This document shows, piece by piece, positions 35,876-44,805 of a stretch of DNA of 45,766 bases (the first letter of the stretch is position 1; every line of letters begins with the position of its first letter). This DNA comes from a virus. Its lineage: Duplodnaviria; Caudoviricetes. The translations under genes were made by a program, and so were the position numbers. Location of the stretch: the IMG/VR virus record IMGVR_UViG_3300020554_000012, positions 1-45,766 of that record; one strand, given 5' to 3'. The notes below the pieces were generated by a model. It was not told where the DNA came from, ran no database searches, and saw only the letters and a program-made list of their open reading frames with translations.

Positions 35876-36252
35876 TGGGTACAACGGGTAATCCAGTAGG
35901 TTACTGGGACGTGGACAGCACCGAGAAGATTAGAGAATGGATACGCAAGACCTACTCATGGGAGGGTTGCGAAGTCCTCGACGTGGCACAAGGTACCAAG
36001 CGCAAGAGTAATTGGTGGCTGGTGCTGCGCGAGCCAATGAGCGGCAAGATCAGAGCAATGGTAGTCATCACACAGAATCGTGCGAAGCGCGAGGGTATGT
36101 TCTACACCAAGGAAGTAGTGGAGGATATGGGACCATACGCTACGGATATTCCCAAGCGGTTGTTCTCCATGCTCACGCCACTGGAAGAGGGAGAGAACGA
36201 GTTCGCCGAGAACTGGCGAAACCTGGTAAGCAGCGGAACAGTGAGGGGATAG
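35875..36252 (+). CDS. Hypothetical protein (DUF6927-like)
   Basis: KEV.EDMGP....P...L..LTP...A.NWR motif. Confidence 0.7.
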   Translation: MGTTGNPVGYWDVDSTEKIREWIRKTYSWEGCEVLDVAQGTKRKSNWWLVLREPMSGKIRAMVVITQNRAKREGMFYTKEVVEDMGPYATDIPKRLFSMLTPLEEGENEFAENWRNLVSSGTVRG

Positions 36253-36254
36253 CA

Positions 36255-36578
36255 ATGAAGGTAAGCATTAGCGAAACCTATGCGCGCAAAAAGAACTGGG
36301 AGCGCAAGCAATACAAGTACGACCGACCAGAGTATCCAAGCAGGGTATTCCTGGAGTTTGGCGAGACGGTGTGGGAGCACCTAGAGAATCGCCGATCACG
36401 ACCATGGCAGGAACTCAAGCCATTAGTTAGTGACGCACTGGTAGAGATTGGTGTGTCGGTGGATAAGTTGCGGTGGGATATCAACGCAGGGTGCGGCATG
36501 TGTCCATGCAGCGGTGGCTTCCTTGTCGAGGGTGAGGAAGGTAAGGACTACTTCGCAAAGGTGGTAAGCAATGCCTAG
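36255..36578 (+). CDS. Hypothetical actinophage protein with AGCGMCPCSGGF motif
   Basis: E...E.L.NR..RP...W...AGC..CPCS.GF. Confidence 0.75.
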   Translation: MKVSISETYARKKNWERKQYKYDRPEYPSRVFLEFGETVWEHLENRRSRPWQELKPLVSDALVEIGVSVDKLRWDINAGCGMCPCSGGFLVEGEEGKDYFAKVVSNA

Positions 36579-36642
36579 ACGACGCAAGACCTATAGAGCA
36601 CCACGGAAGTGGTGGCAGATATGGAGGAAGAAAGATGCCTAA
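36571..36642 (+). CDS. 23-aa basic peptide MPRRRKTYRAPRKWWQIWRKKDA
   Basis: Fills the gap with 8-nt overlaps on both sides. Confidence 0.4.
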   Translation: MPRRRKTYRAPRKWWQIWRKKDA

Positions 36643-37291
36643 CTGGGTATACAACACGATGACAGTGAGTGGCGACAAGGCCACAGTGGAAGCGTTCGCC
36701 AAGCAAGCAGCGCAGCCATACAATGCCAAGTACATGAAGCACGTCATGACTGGTACCGAATGGGACTGGGTTATGGTGGACTCAGTGAACGAAGGGCCAC
36801 TATCATTCTGGAACTTCATCAAGCCAGACGATAGTATCTTAGAGGAGTACTGGGGACCACAACCACGGTTCGAGTCGCTGGCTGACTCCATGGCGAAGAA
36901 GACCAACCATTGGTACGACTGGAACTGTAGGAACTGGGGGACCAAGTGGGACGCTTGTGAGCCTGAGTCTGGTGGCATTGAGAAGCAAGCAGACAACTTC
37001 TACAGCGTGGACTACGACTTCAGGACAGCGTGGGGTGATCCGAAGGAAGTCTTCGAGGCCATGGTGCAGCAGTATCCAACGCTCTACTTCTCCGTTACAT
37101 GTAACGAGGAGCAAGGCTGGGGCATGGAATACTGGGGGGAGAATGGTGAACTCACCATGACCGACCAGTGGGATATCCCCAGCACGCACGAAGAACAAGA
37201 GTCGCGCACTGGTAACTGCTACTGCGAAATCAATGACGACTACCGACCATTCGATGACTGTCCAGTAAAGAAGGAGGCAGTCAGCGCATAG
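36635..37291 (+). CDS. YubB/DUF1281 ferredoxin-like domain protein
   Basis: MPNWVYN...WYDWNCRNWGTKW...F.TAW..P signature. Confidence 0.85.
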   Translation: MPNWVYNTMTVSGDKATVEAFAKQAAQPYNAKYMKHVMTGTEWDWVMVDSVNEGPLSFWNFIKPDDSILEEYWGPQPRFESLADSMAKKTNHWYDWNCRNWGTKWDACEPESGGIEKQADNFYSVDYDFRTAWGDPKEVFEAMVQQYPTLYFSVTCNEEQGWGMEYWGENGELTMTDQWDIPSTHEEQESRTGNCYCEINDDYRPFDDCPVKKEAVSA

Positions 37292-37294
37292 ACC

Positions 37295-37377
37295 GTAGCG
37301 AGGGCTTTGGGGCGTTCATCCCCTACCTTTCACCTCGCTACTCAAGGTGGGCGGCGTTACCCCTAGCGCCGCCCACC
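37295..37377 (+). other. Tandem hairpins upstream of the methyltransferase cluster
   Basis: GTAGCGAGG...CCTCGCTAC (37295-37341) and GGTGGGCGGCG...CGCCGCCCACC (37346-37377); no U-tract. Confidence 0.7.
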
Positions 37378-37403
37378 ATCTCTCAATGGGGTAAGGAGAA
37401 GCA

Positions 37404-37895
37404 ATGACTAACTGGGGTAACGAAACAACGGTGGCCAAGACAGAGGTGTGGCTCACACCACCGAGCATGGTGGAAGCACTAGGTCACTTCGACTTGGACC
37501 CATGCTCAGCGGAGAATATGCCATGGCGCATTACCGATCGGTATTACACCGAGAAGGATGACGGTTTGGCGCAGCAGTGGGAAGGCAGGGTGTTTATGAA
37601 TCCACCCTACGGTCCGAAACTGGACCCGTTCTTACACAAGTTAGCGCAGCACGGAGACGGTATCGCCTTAGTGTTCGCTCGCACGGAGACGCGCGCGTTC
37701 TTTCGCAATGTGTGGGGAATAGCAGACGCCATTATGTTCCTGAAGGGAAGGGTCAAGTTCTATCGGCCAGACGGCACGCAAGGTCAGTCCTCTGGCTCAC
37801 CGAGTTGCCTAATTGCTTACGGCCAAAACAATGTAGACGCGCTCTACGAATCGGGACTAGAAGGATTCATTATCAGATTGGAGAAGCAATGTTAG
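37404..37895 (+). CDS. DNA N6-adenine methyltransferase (phage Dam-like)
   Basis: W.TP, FDLDPC, DGL...W.G.VFMNPPY and ARTET motifs. Confidence 0.92.
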   Translation: MTNWGNETTVAKTEVWLTPPSMVEALGHFDLDPCSAENMPWRITDRYYTEKDDGLAQQWEGRVFMNPPYGPKLDPFLHKLAQHGDGIALVFARTETRAFFRNVWGIADAIMFLKGRVKFYRPDGTQGQSSGSPSCLIAYGQNNVDALYESGLEGFIIRLEKQC

Positions 37896-38542
37896 TGTTT
37901 GATTTTTTCGCGGGTACTGGGTCATCTACCCGTGCGTTCGGGGACGCCGGAGATACAGTAATCAAGTTTGAGATTGATCCTCAGTTCGATGCCGAGGAAC
38001 AAGTAGATATGTTCTACGTGGACAGCAAGGAACTACTGGAGAAGTACGGTAGGCCAGACTTTATCTGGGCAAGTCCACCATGTACAGCCTTTAGTGTGGC
38101 TAGCATTGGTCACCACTGGACTGGTGGCAAGGGTGCCTACATTCCAAAGACGGAAGCAGCGGTTATGTCACAGCAACTTGTGGCTCACACGCGCAGGCTG
38201 ATAGAGAACCTAGAACCAAGGCTTGGCTTCGTGATGGAGAACCCACGCGGTGTGCTGCGCAAGTTGCCAGTACTTCAGGACTTATCACGCAAGACGGTGA
38301 CGTACTGCCAGTACGGTGACGATCGCATGAAGCCGACCGACCTCTGGACCAACTTAGATTGGGAGCCAAGGGCAATGTGTAAGAACGGTGATTCGTGCCA
38401 CACAGCAGCGCCACGTGGCTCTAGGACTGGCACGCAGGGTAGGGCTGGTGCCAAGGATAGGTCAATGGTTCCCTACGAACTAGGGCTAGAGATAAGAAGA
38501 ACAATCACGCTGAGGGAAAAGATTAGGGAGTTGGTCAAGTGA
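37889..38542 (+). CDS. DNA C5-cytosine methyltransferase (short form)
   Basis: DFFAGTG, WASPPC, MENP and CQYG...KPTDLW motifs; true start ATG 37889. Confidence 0.88.
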   Translation: MLVFDFFAGTGSSTRAFGDAGDTVIKFEIDPQFDAEEQVDMFYVDSKELLEKYGRPDFIWASPPCTAFSVASIGHHWTGGKGAYIPKTEAAVMSQQLVAHTRRLIENLEPRLGFVMENPRGVLRKLPVLQDLSRKTVTYCQYGDDRMKPTDLWTNLDWEPRAMCKNGDSCHTAAPRGSRTGTQGRAGAKDRSMVPYELGLEIRRTITLREKIRELVK

Positions 38543-39147
38543 AGATACTAAATCTGTACGCGGGTATCGGTGGCAATAGAAAGTTGTGGGGCGACGAGCA
38601 TGACATTACAGCAGTGGAGTACGACGAGGGTATCGCCAAGGTCTATGCCGATCTGTTCCCGAGTGACACTCTGATTGTTGATGACGCTCACCAGTATCTG
38701 CTAGAGAACCACAAGAAGTTCGACTTCATCTGGTCATCGCCACCATGTCAGACGCACTCATCGTTTCGATACAACATCGACGTGAGGTTGCGGGGCAGCG
38801 AGGAGAAGTACCCAGACATGACACTGTATGAGGAGATTGTATTCCTGAAGTACCACAGTTCAGCGCTCTGGGTTATAGAGAATGTCGTACCTTACTACGG
38901 TGCGGTGATGGGTCCAGTGAAGCGCAATCGCCACCTGTACTGGTCAAACTTCGAACTGCCAGAGGTACCTAAGACCGAAGAGAAGTTGCGATCGATGAAC
39001 AAGATTAGCGAACTCGAAGCGCTGCACGGTTACGACCTATCGAATTACAAACTGCCAAACAAGAGGCAGGTGTTGAGAAATGTAGTTGATCCCAACGTGG
39101 GGCGACTATTCCTGGAGCAAGCAATGAGGAAGAGGGACAATGGATAA
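38539..39147 (+). CDS. DNA C5-cytosine methyltransferase (short form)
   Basis: NLYAGIGG, WSSPPCQ, IENV, RH.YWSN and LRN.V motifs. Confidence 0.88.
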   Translation: MKILNLYAGIGGNRKLWGDEHDITAVEYDEGIAKVYADLFPSDTLIVDDAHQYLLENHKKFDFIWSSPPCQTHSSFRYNIDVRLRGSEEKYPDMTLYEEIVFLKYHSSALWVIENVVPYYGAVMGPVKRNRHLYWSNFELPEVPKTEEKLRSMNKISELEALHGYDLSNYKLPNKRQVLRNVVDPNVGRLFLEQAMRKRDNG

Positions 39148-39382
39148 GCGAGAACTGGAAGAACAGATTCAGAAATATGTCAGGGCTAATGCTGACGGTA
39201 AAGAAATTATTACCGGATGGGTGCTATCGTTATCAGTCAAGCATCCAGCAGCAAATAATAGTGATGGTTATATAGTTGAGAATAGTGAGGGTTTGCCGTA
39301 TCATTCTCAGTTAGGGTTGCTTATGGCAGCAATGGACGAGAAGAAGAACATCATCTTGTCTCAGGTAATTAGAGAGGAGTAG
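39140..39382 (+). CDS. Hypothetical protein (paralogue of 40420 and 5548)
   Basis: ITGWVL...DGY...LPYH.QLGLL..A.D.K.NI. Confidence 0.7.
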   Translation: MDKRELEEQIQKYVRANADGKEIITGWVLSLSVKHPAANNSDGYIVENSEGLPYHSQLGLLMAAMDEKKNIILSQVIREE

Positions 39383-39386
39383 TGCC

Positions 39387-39542
39387 ATGAAGGATGTTGC
39401 GTGTCAGTATTGCGATGTTGATCTCGGTCGTGAGGCTCTGGTCTGGGAACTTCTGGACGGTTACGCTAGACCGTATGGCGTGGCTTGTATGAACTGCGCT
39501 GAGGGTGCTTACGATATCTACATGGAATCGAGGGTGGGGTGA
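39387..39542 (+). CDS. 51-aa Zn-finger protein (not in ORF track)
   Basis: CQYC...CMNC; GAGGAG RBS. Confidence 0.6.
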   Translation: MKDVACQYCDVDLGREALVWELLDGYARPYGVACMNCAEGAYDIYMESRVG

Positions 39543-39676
39543 TGGGGAGAATCACAGACTACGGTTCCTTCCACTGGTGCGAGACATGCGACAACATGTA
39601 TGTCCCTAGTGACTGGGACTCTGACGCAAGGATGTGCGTGTACTGTGCGGTTATAGACCTGATGGAGGAAGAATGA
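39542..39676 (+). CDS. 44-aa Zn-finger protein (not in ORF track)
   Basis: CETC...CVYC; TGATG coupling. Confidence 0.6.
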   Translation: MGRITDYGSFHWCETCDNMYVPSDWDSDARMCVYCAVIDLMEEE

Positions 39677-39915
39677 AAATGACAATCGGCAGCATCACGA
39701 AGGTGCACCCGGACAAGCTTCAGAAGTTATATGAACTACTGGATGACATCGGGGCTAACTTGGATTACAGCGAAGCACGTGGTCAGCTCTCGGTATATGC
39801 CAAAGATATTGGCATAGTGTTCGAGGCAGACGAAGCAATTATGAAAGACAGATACGCAGATGCGTACTGGGCAGATGACGCAGAGCGCGTCGCGGAAGGA
39901 TACTGGAGAGAATGA
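39673..39915 (+). CDS. Hypothetical protein
   Basis: GGAGG RBS; ATGA coupling. Confidence 0.6.
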   Translation: MKMTIGSITKVHPDKLQKLYELLDDIGANLDYSEARGQLSVYAKDIGIVFEADEAIMKDRYADAYWADDAERVAEGYWRE

Positions 39916-40436
39916 GCGCACGATTAGATGCCGTATTTAAGGCAAAGCAAGCATACGTAATGGCAAGAGCAACGCTTGAGCACAGGCTGCGCGATCAACT
40001 GAGTCAAGAGTTGAGCAACCTACAGGCACAGGTAGACATGGCCGTTAGGTTCGCTTACGAGTCCGGAGAGAACAAGGCCAACATCCTTCGATCGCTTGGG
40101 ACTAAGGACTACAACACGGTAACCAAGTCACTGGCGCGTACCGATGCGGTAGTCATCGTCGAGGGAGAGGACCCGCTGGACAAGGTGTATCGCTTCGATG
40201 CTGCCGAGGATAAGTTATATGCCACGTTATATAATCACGGACCAAGTAACATCACCGGGACGGCGACCTTTGTGGTCAAGAAGATGGACGATGGCACGAC
40301 GTGGTTCATGGCTATTGATCCGCTGTGGAATGCGGACTACACCGTGCGAAACGAAGTGGTGGCCGCGCTTGATGGCAGGCAGGATGGCTACTACTACGAC
40401 GAAGCAATCAGGTGGGTCAGTGGACGCCAATTTTAA
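39912..40436 (+). CDS. Hypothetical protein with possible HTH
   Basis: A...G..KA.I...LGTKDY.TV helix-turn-helix-like segment. Confidence 0.65.
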   Translation: MSARLDAVFKAKQAYVMARATLEHRLRDQLSQELSNLQAQVDMAVRFAYESGENKANILRSLGTKDYNTVTKSLARTDAVVIVEGEDPLDKVYRFDAAEDKLYATLYNHGPSNITGTATFVVKKMDDGTTWFMAIDPLWNADYTVRNEVVAALDGRQDGYYYDEAIRWVSGRQF

Positions 40437-40698
40437 AAAGACGCTGCGTGGTATTGACGACGCCATAAACACGCATGTCAAGACCAATCGCACTAAGTCC
40501 TCGATCGTGACGGGCTGGATTGTGATTGCTTCTGTGTCAGACGCTGAGCATGAGGAGCGTGATGGCTACATCATGCAGTCAAGTCAGAGCCTTCCGCACC
40601 ACACGCAAGTGGGGCTGCTGAACATGGCGCTGGATGACAAGCGCAACATCGGAATCCTATCGACACTAAGGTCAATGATGGGAGATGGCGGTGGGTAG
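40420..40698 (+). CDS. Hypothetical protein (paralogue of 39140 and 5548)
   Basis: VTGWIVIASV...DGY...LPHH.QVGLL..A.D.K.NI; GTG 40420. Confidence 0.7.
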   Translation: MDANFKKTLRGIDDAINTHVKTNRTKSSIVTGWIVIASVSDAEHEERDGYIMQSSQSLPHHTQVGLLNMALDDKRNIGILSTLRSMMGDGGG

Positions 40699-40978
40699 TC
40701 CGGGTGACTGGATGGTGTTTTTGGTTTTCCATCTGGTTGGTTTTGGATTCTTTTGGTTTTTTATTGTGAGACCAATTGCTAATCTAACCAACTGGGAACC
40801 GCCGCCATACCAATATGAATGGCAAAAGTCTAGCGAATACGATTACTGGGATGGGGAAGATATAGATTATGACACTGGAGAAATTGGTACCAACAGCGGA
40901 CCAACAATCCGCCATCCAAAGAATCGCGACCGAGCCTACTCGGGCAGCGCTGAACGCTTCGACGATGGGGGCTGGTAA
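40685..40978 (+). CDS. Small membrane protein
   Basis: N-terminal TM helix; overlaps the helicase start by 110 nt. Confidence 0.45.
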   Translation: MAVGSPGDWMVFLVFHLVGFGFFWFFIVRPIANLTNWEPPPYQYEWQKSSEYDYWDGEDIDYDTGEIGTNSGPTIRHPKNRDRAYSGSAERFDDGGW

Positions 40979-42254
40979 AACACTCAAGGCCGTCGAGGTG
41001 GCCAAGCTGATTAGTGCGCAGACAATCCTATTGATTGCGCCGCTCAACACCAGGCTTGGTTGGCAGGTAACCTTCGAGCGTCAAGGTGTCACGTTGCCAT
41101 TCAGGTGGATCAACTCTACCAATGACGGTAAGGCTAGCCTTAGCGATTGGGAGTGGCAGAAACCCGGAGTTTACTTTGTCGGTGTTGAGTACTTCGTGCG
41201 CAAGGGTTGGGTCGGTAAGGCTAGGTCAGATACGTGGACCAGGCAGCCAGACCTAGTTCTTTTCGACGAGGTGCATCGTGGGCAGAATCGTAAGAGCAAG
41301 ACACATCGCACGCTGAAGCAGGTCAAGGCGGGGTTCAAGTTAGCCATGTCTGGCACCCCGACCGGTAACAGTTTCTCGGGAGCTTGGGCAGTGACCAAGT
41401 GGCTATGGCCCGACGTAATAGACAACTCTTACTGGGCATGGGTAGCCAAGTGGTGTGCTACCGAGTACGATCACTTCGCACCCGGTGGCAAGAAGGTAGT
41501 GGGCGAGCGCCGCCCTGGTGCCTTCTTCAATTCCCTTCCCTGCTACGTGAGGATTGAGTCAGAGATTGATGCTGAGATACACGAGGAGCAAGTCTTCGTC
41601 GAGCTGACTAGGGAACAACGCAAGGCTTACAACGACCTCGAGGAAAAGATGGTGACATGGATCGAGAACAAGCCACTGGTTGTGGAGTTCCCTATTGCGC
41701 TCCGCATCAGGCTTAGGCAGGCCACTCTTGGTCTATTCAACATTGACGACGAAGATAACGTGACCTTCGATAACGATTGCAAGTCAAGCAAGATTGATGT
41801 GATGTTCGACATACTGGAGGATGACTTCGAGAATGAGTCGGCACTAATACTTACGGACTCGAGGAAGTTTGCCGATGTAGTGGTGCAGCGCTTGCGCAAC
41901 GATGGCAAGACTGCCCTACCCTGGCACGGAGAAGTGACCGGAGATAAGAGACAGCAAGCCAAGGAGTCCTTTGTCAGTGGTCAGTGCAAGTATTTAGTAG
42001 CAGTGATTTCTGCGATAGCAGAGGGTGTCGATGGCTTGCAGCACGGCACACGTAATATACTGTGGCTAAACAGAAGCGATAATCGAATACTTAATGAGCA
42101 GGTAATCAAGCGAGTTCACCGCAGAGGACAAGAGAAGGCGGTGAGATCGATTGAGTTGATTGCCGTTGATACGTATGACTCGGGTGTTCTAAGCTCACAC
42201 ATACGGAAAGCTATTGATATGAATAGAACACTAAAGGAACGCAGTGGCAATTGA
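40869..42254 (+). CDS. SF2 (SNF2/DEAH-like) DNA helicase
   Basis: MGAGKT, FDEVH, MSGTP, EGVDGLQ and QVIKRVHRRGQ motifs. Confidence 0.92.
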   Translation: MTLEKLVPTADQQSAIQRIATEPTRAALNASTMGAGKTLKAVEVAKLISAQTILLIAPLNTRLGWQVTFERQGVTLPFRWINSTNDGKASLSDWEWQKPGVYFVGVEYFVRKGWVGKARSDTWTRQPDLVLFDEVHRGQNRKSKTHRTLKQVKAGFKLAMSGTPTGNSFSGAWAVTKWLWPDVIDNSYWAWVAKWCATEYDHFAPGGKKVVGERRPGAFFNSLPCYVRIESEIDAEIHEEQVFVELTREQRKAYNDLEEKMVTWIENKPLVVEFPIALRIRLRQATLGLFNIDDEDNVTFDNDCKSSKIDVMFDILEDDFENESALILTDSRKFADVVVQRLRNDGKTALPWHGEVTGDKRQQAKESFVSGQCKYLVAVISAIAEGVDGLQHGTRNILWLNRSDNRILNEQVIKRVHRRGQEKAVRSIELIAVDTYDSGVLSSHIRKAIDMNRTLKERSGN

Positions 42255-42912
42255 GATTGGCGATACATGCAAGAACGGTCACGAAATATCTGGGAGCAAT
42301 ATCCAGTACTACGTAAGCCAGGGCAAGAAGCGGGTTCGCTGCGCACAATGCAATCAGCCACCAAGACACGGGAATCCAAAAATAAAACCTGGTGACACAT
42401 GCAAGAACGCGCACCAGATAGTCGGTGACAATGTTGGGGAGAAGAAAACTTCAACCGGAATAAGTTACTTCTGCAAAGAGTGTAGACGCAACAGTGTGCG
42501 TCTTACCCAGAAGAAGAACGTGTGGAGCTCCAAGGAGCAGGATCAAGTCGATCGCAATAAGGCGAAGGCTCAAATCCAATCCGCACGCAGGGCAGCAGAG
42601 AGGGCTGACGACCTTATCACATCTGGTAAGGAAGAGAACGCACTCAATTATCTGAAGCTCACACGTAGGGCGGAGCGAGCAAGCGACGCGCTACAGAAGT
42701 CAATGACAGTAAGAAAAGCCAAGTGCGCAGACAATCCTGGACCTTGGATTGACTACGACGAAGAGAACCCACCCAGCAAGAATCGTGCATATCTTATGTG
42801 CGTGGATTGCCCCGTCTTGGTAGAGTGTGCTAGATTCGCTAGCGCATATCGACCACCCATCGGGGTATGGGGCGGCGAAGTGTACGAACAAGGCAAGATA
42901 CTCTACAAATAG
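42244..42912 (+). CDS. Fusion of two CKNxH/CxxC Zn-finger repeats with a C-terminal WhiB domain
   Basis: GDTCKNGH...CAQC; GDTCKNAH...CKEC; C...CVDCPVLVEC...GVWGG. Confidence 0.8.
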   Translation: MAIEIGDTCKNGHEISGSNIQYYVSQGKKRVRCAQCNQPPRHGNPKIKPGDTCKNAHQIVGDNVGEKKTSTGISYFCKECRRNSVRLTQKKNVWSSKEQDQVDRNKAKAQIQSARRAAERADDLITSGKEENALNYLKLTRRAERASDALQKSMTVRKAKCADNPGPWIDYDEENPPSKNRAYLMCVDCPVLVECARFASAYRPPIGVWGGEVYEQGKILYK

Positions 42913-42920
42913 GAGGAACC

Positions 42921-43580
42921 ATGGCAGAAGTGCCGAAGATATACAAGGCCATTGCAGCAATTCAGGCTGGCGTTGGCAACATCCCAAAGACTGGGATCGG
43001 TCCTGCATCGCAGGGCAGCTACAAGTACGTCAAGAACGACGACATCCTTGAGGCTATCTCCAAGCTGATGATTGAGCACAAGGTAATTACTAAGCCGGTA
43101 ATCACTAACCACCAGCTCGTGACCAGAGAGATTGGCGCTAACCGCACCGTCCCGATGACCGTTGTAACGCTTGACGTTACATACATCAGCATCGAGGATG
43201 GCTCGGAGTTCACCGTCAGTGTTACCGCTGAGGGTGCCGACAACGGGGACAAGGGTGGCCGCAAGGCAGTGACCCAGGCTCAGAAGATTGCCAACCTGCT
43301 CACCTTCAACATCGCGACCGGAGAGCCCGACCCCGATGGCATGGAGGTGTCGCCTGTTGCGAACTCCGCAACATCCGTTACCAACAGAATCGAGAAGGCG
43401 GCGGCATCTGGTACGTATAACCAGATCAAGACGTTTCTCGGAGCCAATGGTCTTAGTGGATCGGTCGCGAATACTATTGGCGGACGTATCTCGGGAGGCA
43501 AGCCCTCGAGCGAGTGGACAACCGACGAGGCTGTCCTCAAGCAAGTTCTTGCTGCACTCAAGGCGGGCGAGGTTGAATAG
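42921..43580 (+). CDS. erf: ERF-family ssDNA annealing protein
   Basis: IPKTG...YKY..DDI, EGADNGDKG..KAVTQA.K and F.I.TG..DPD motifs; AGGAGG RBS. Confidence 0.85.
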   Translation: MAEVPKIYKAIAAIQAGVGNIPKTGIGPASQGSYKYVKNDDILEAISKLMIEHKVITKPVITNHQLVTREIGANRTVPMTVVTLDVTYISIEDGSEFTVSVTAEGADNGDKGGRKAVTQAQKIANLLTFNIATGEPDPDGMEVSPVANSATSVTNRIEKAAASGTYNQIKTFLGANGLSGSVANTIGGRISGGKPSSEWTTDEAVLKQVLAALKAGEVE

Positions 43581-44428
43581 TGGAACCCAAGCTTAGGGTC
43601 CGGTCTTCCGGGCATGGTGGTAGTGGGTATAAGCACCCCCACACCGGGGTAATCGTACCCGGTGTGACCACCGTGCTTAAGAAGCTAGACAAGCCTGCGA
43701 TAGTTCAGTGGGCCGTTGACAACACCGCAGCGTATGCCGTGGCTAACGTCGATAGTCTGCTGAACCGCACGCAGGAACAAGGCTATGGTTTCCTACGCTG
43801 GTACTGGAAGCGCGACCCACTGGATGGGGACCTGAGTGATATCAGGAACTATTCCAACGGCGTGCTCAACGATGCGGCCGAGCTCGGCACGCTACTGCAC
43901 GACTGGGTGGCTGCCGAGCACGACGACCTGCCATTCCCCGACGTAACCAACGCATCGGATTACTTCTGGGAGATGGTTGCCGAGTGGGATAAGTACAAGT
44001 CGCAACACACCATCGAGCCACTGCACACAGAGGTCACACTCTGGAACGAGGAGTATGGCTACGCTGGAACCGCTGATGGCATCTGGAAGATTGACGGCAA
44101 GACAACACTTGTCGATCTCAAGACATCTCGCAACACTTGGGATGAACACTGGATGCAGTTGACGGCGCTAGCGATGTGTGAGACTATGCTTGTCGAGGTT
44201 GATGGCGAGTGGGTCGAGCATCCACTTGATGACATGGAGCAGAAGGCTCTGCTGCACATTAGGCCCAGCGATATAGACAAGAACGGTAACCCAATGTTCC
44301 CGTTCGCAGAGTTAAAGATTATGCCAGACGATGAGTATGATGTACTCTTTAACGCATTCACAGGCTTGCTCAGCGTGACTCATGCGCTGAGTGATATCAA
44401 AACCCTACGCAATAGGAGGAATAAATGA
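43580..44428 (+). CDS. PD-(D/E)XK exonuclease (recombination partner of ERF)
   Basis: PGVTTVL..LDKPA...WA, GT.LH, E, GYAGTAD, VDLKTS and QLTAL motifs. Confidence 0.88.
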   Translation: MEPKLRVRSSGHGGSGYKHPHTGVIVPGVTTVLKKLDKPAIVQWAVDNTAAYAVANVDSLLNRTQEQGYGFLRWYWKRDPLDGDLSDIRNYSNGVLNDAAELGTLLHDWVAAEHDDLPFPDVTNASDYFWEMVAEWDKYKSQHTIEPLHTEVTLWNEEYGYAGTADGIWKIDGKTTLVDLKTSRNTWDEHWMQLTALAMCETMLVEVDGEWVEHPLDDMEQKALLHIRPSDIDKNGNPMFPFAELKIMPDDEYDVLFNAFTGLLSVTHALSDIKTLRNRRNK

Positions 44429-44793
44429 GTCGCATCAGTGCCGTATTTACCGGCAACGTGGTGGCCGAGCCCACCAAGAAGGACGTCAACGGAACCTCGC
44501 TCCTGGAGTTTCCGGTCTACGTCAATCACACCAAGAAGGACAAGGACTCGGGAGAGTATGTCAAGACTGGTGACACTAGCAAGATTCGCGTGACAGTGTG
44601 GCGCGATCTGGCTAACTCTTTGGATGTTCGCCAGGGTGACTTGGTTGAGGTTCACGGAACCCTTGTCGAGAAAGAGTTCGACAAGAAGGACGGCACTCAG
44701 GGTCGCTCGCTTCAGACCGATTACATTGAGTCGGTCGTGGTGAAGTACCGCAAAGACGGTGCAGCACCAGCGTCGGACGACGGCGCATTCTAA
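44425..44793 (+). CDS. ssb: Single-stranded DNA-binding protein
   Basis: GNVVAEP, V.VWRDLA, G..VEV.G.L OB fold; acidic tail DDGAF. Confidence 0.9.
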   Translation: MSRISAVFTGNVVAEPTKKDVNGTSLLEFPVYVNHTKKDKDSGEYVKTGDTSKIRVTVWRDLANSLDVRQGDLVEVHGTLVEKEFDKKDGTQGRSLQTDYIESVVVKYRKDGAAPASDDGAF

Positions 44794-44805
44794 CCCGATA
44801 GGGTT

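Noticed and set aside
37577-37888. N-terminal extension of the first C5 methyltransferase
   Set aside because: It overlaps the Dam-like gene; motif I starts right after ATG 37889, which has a GGAG RBS.
43580-44428. Cas4/CRISPR adaptation gene
   Set aside because: Lacks the four-Cys cluster ligands and sits between ERF and SSB; a recombination exonuclease.
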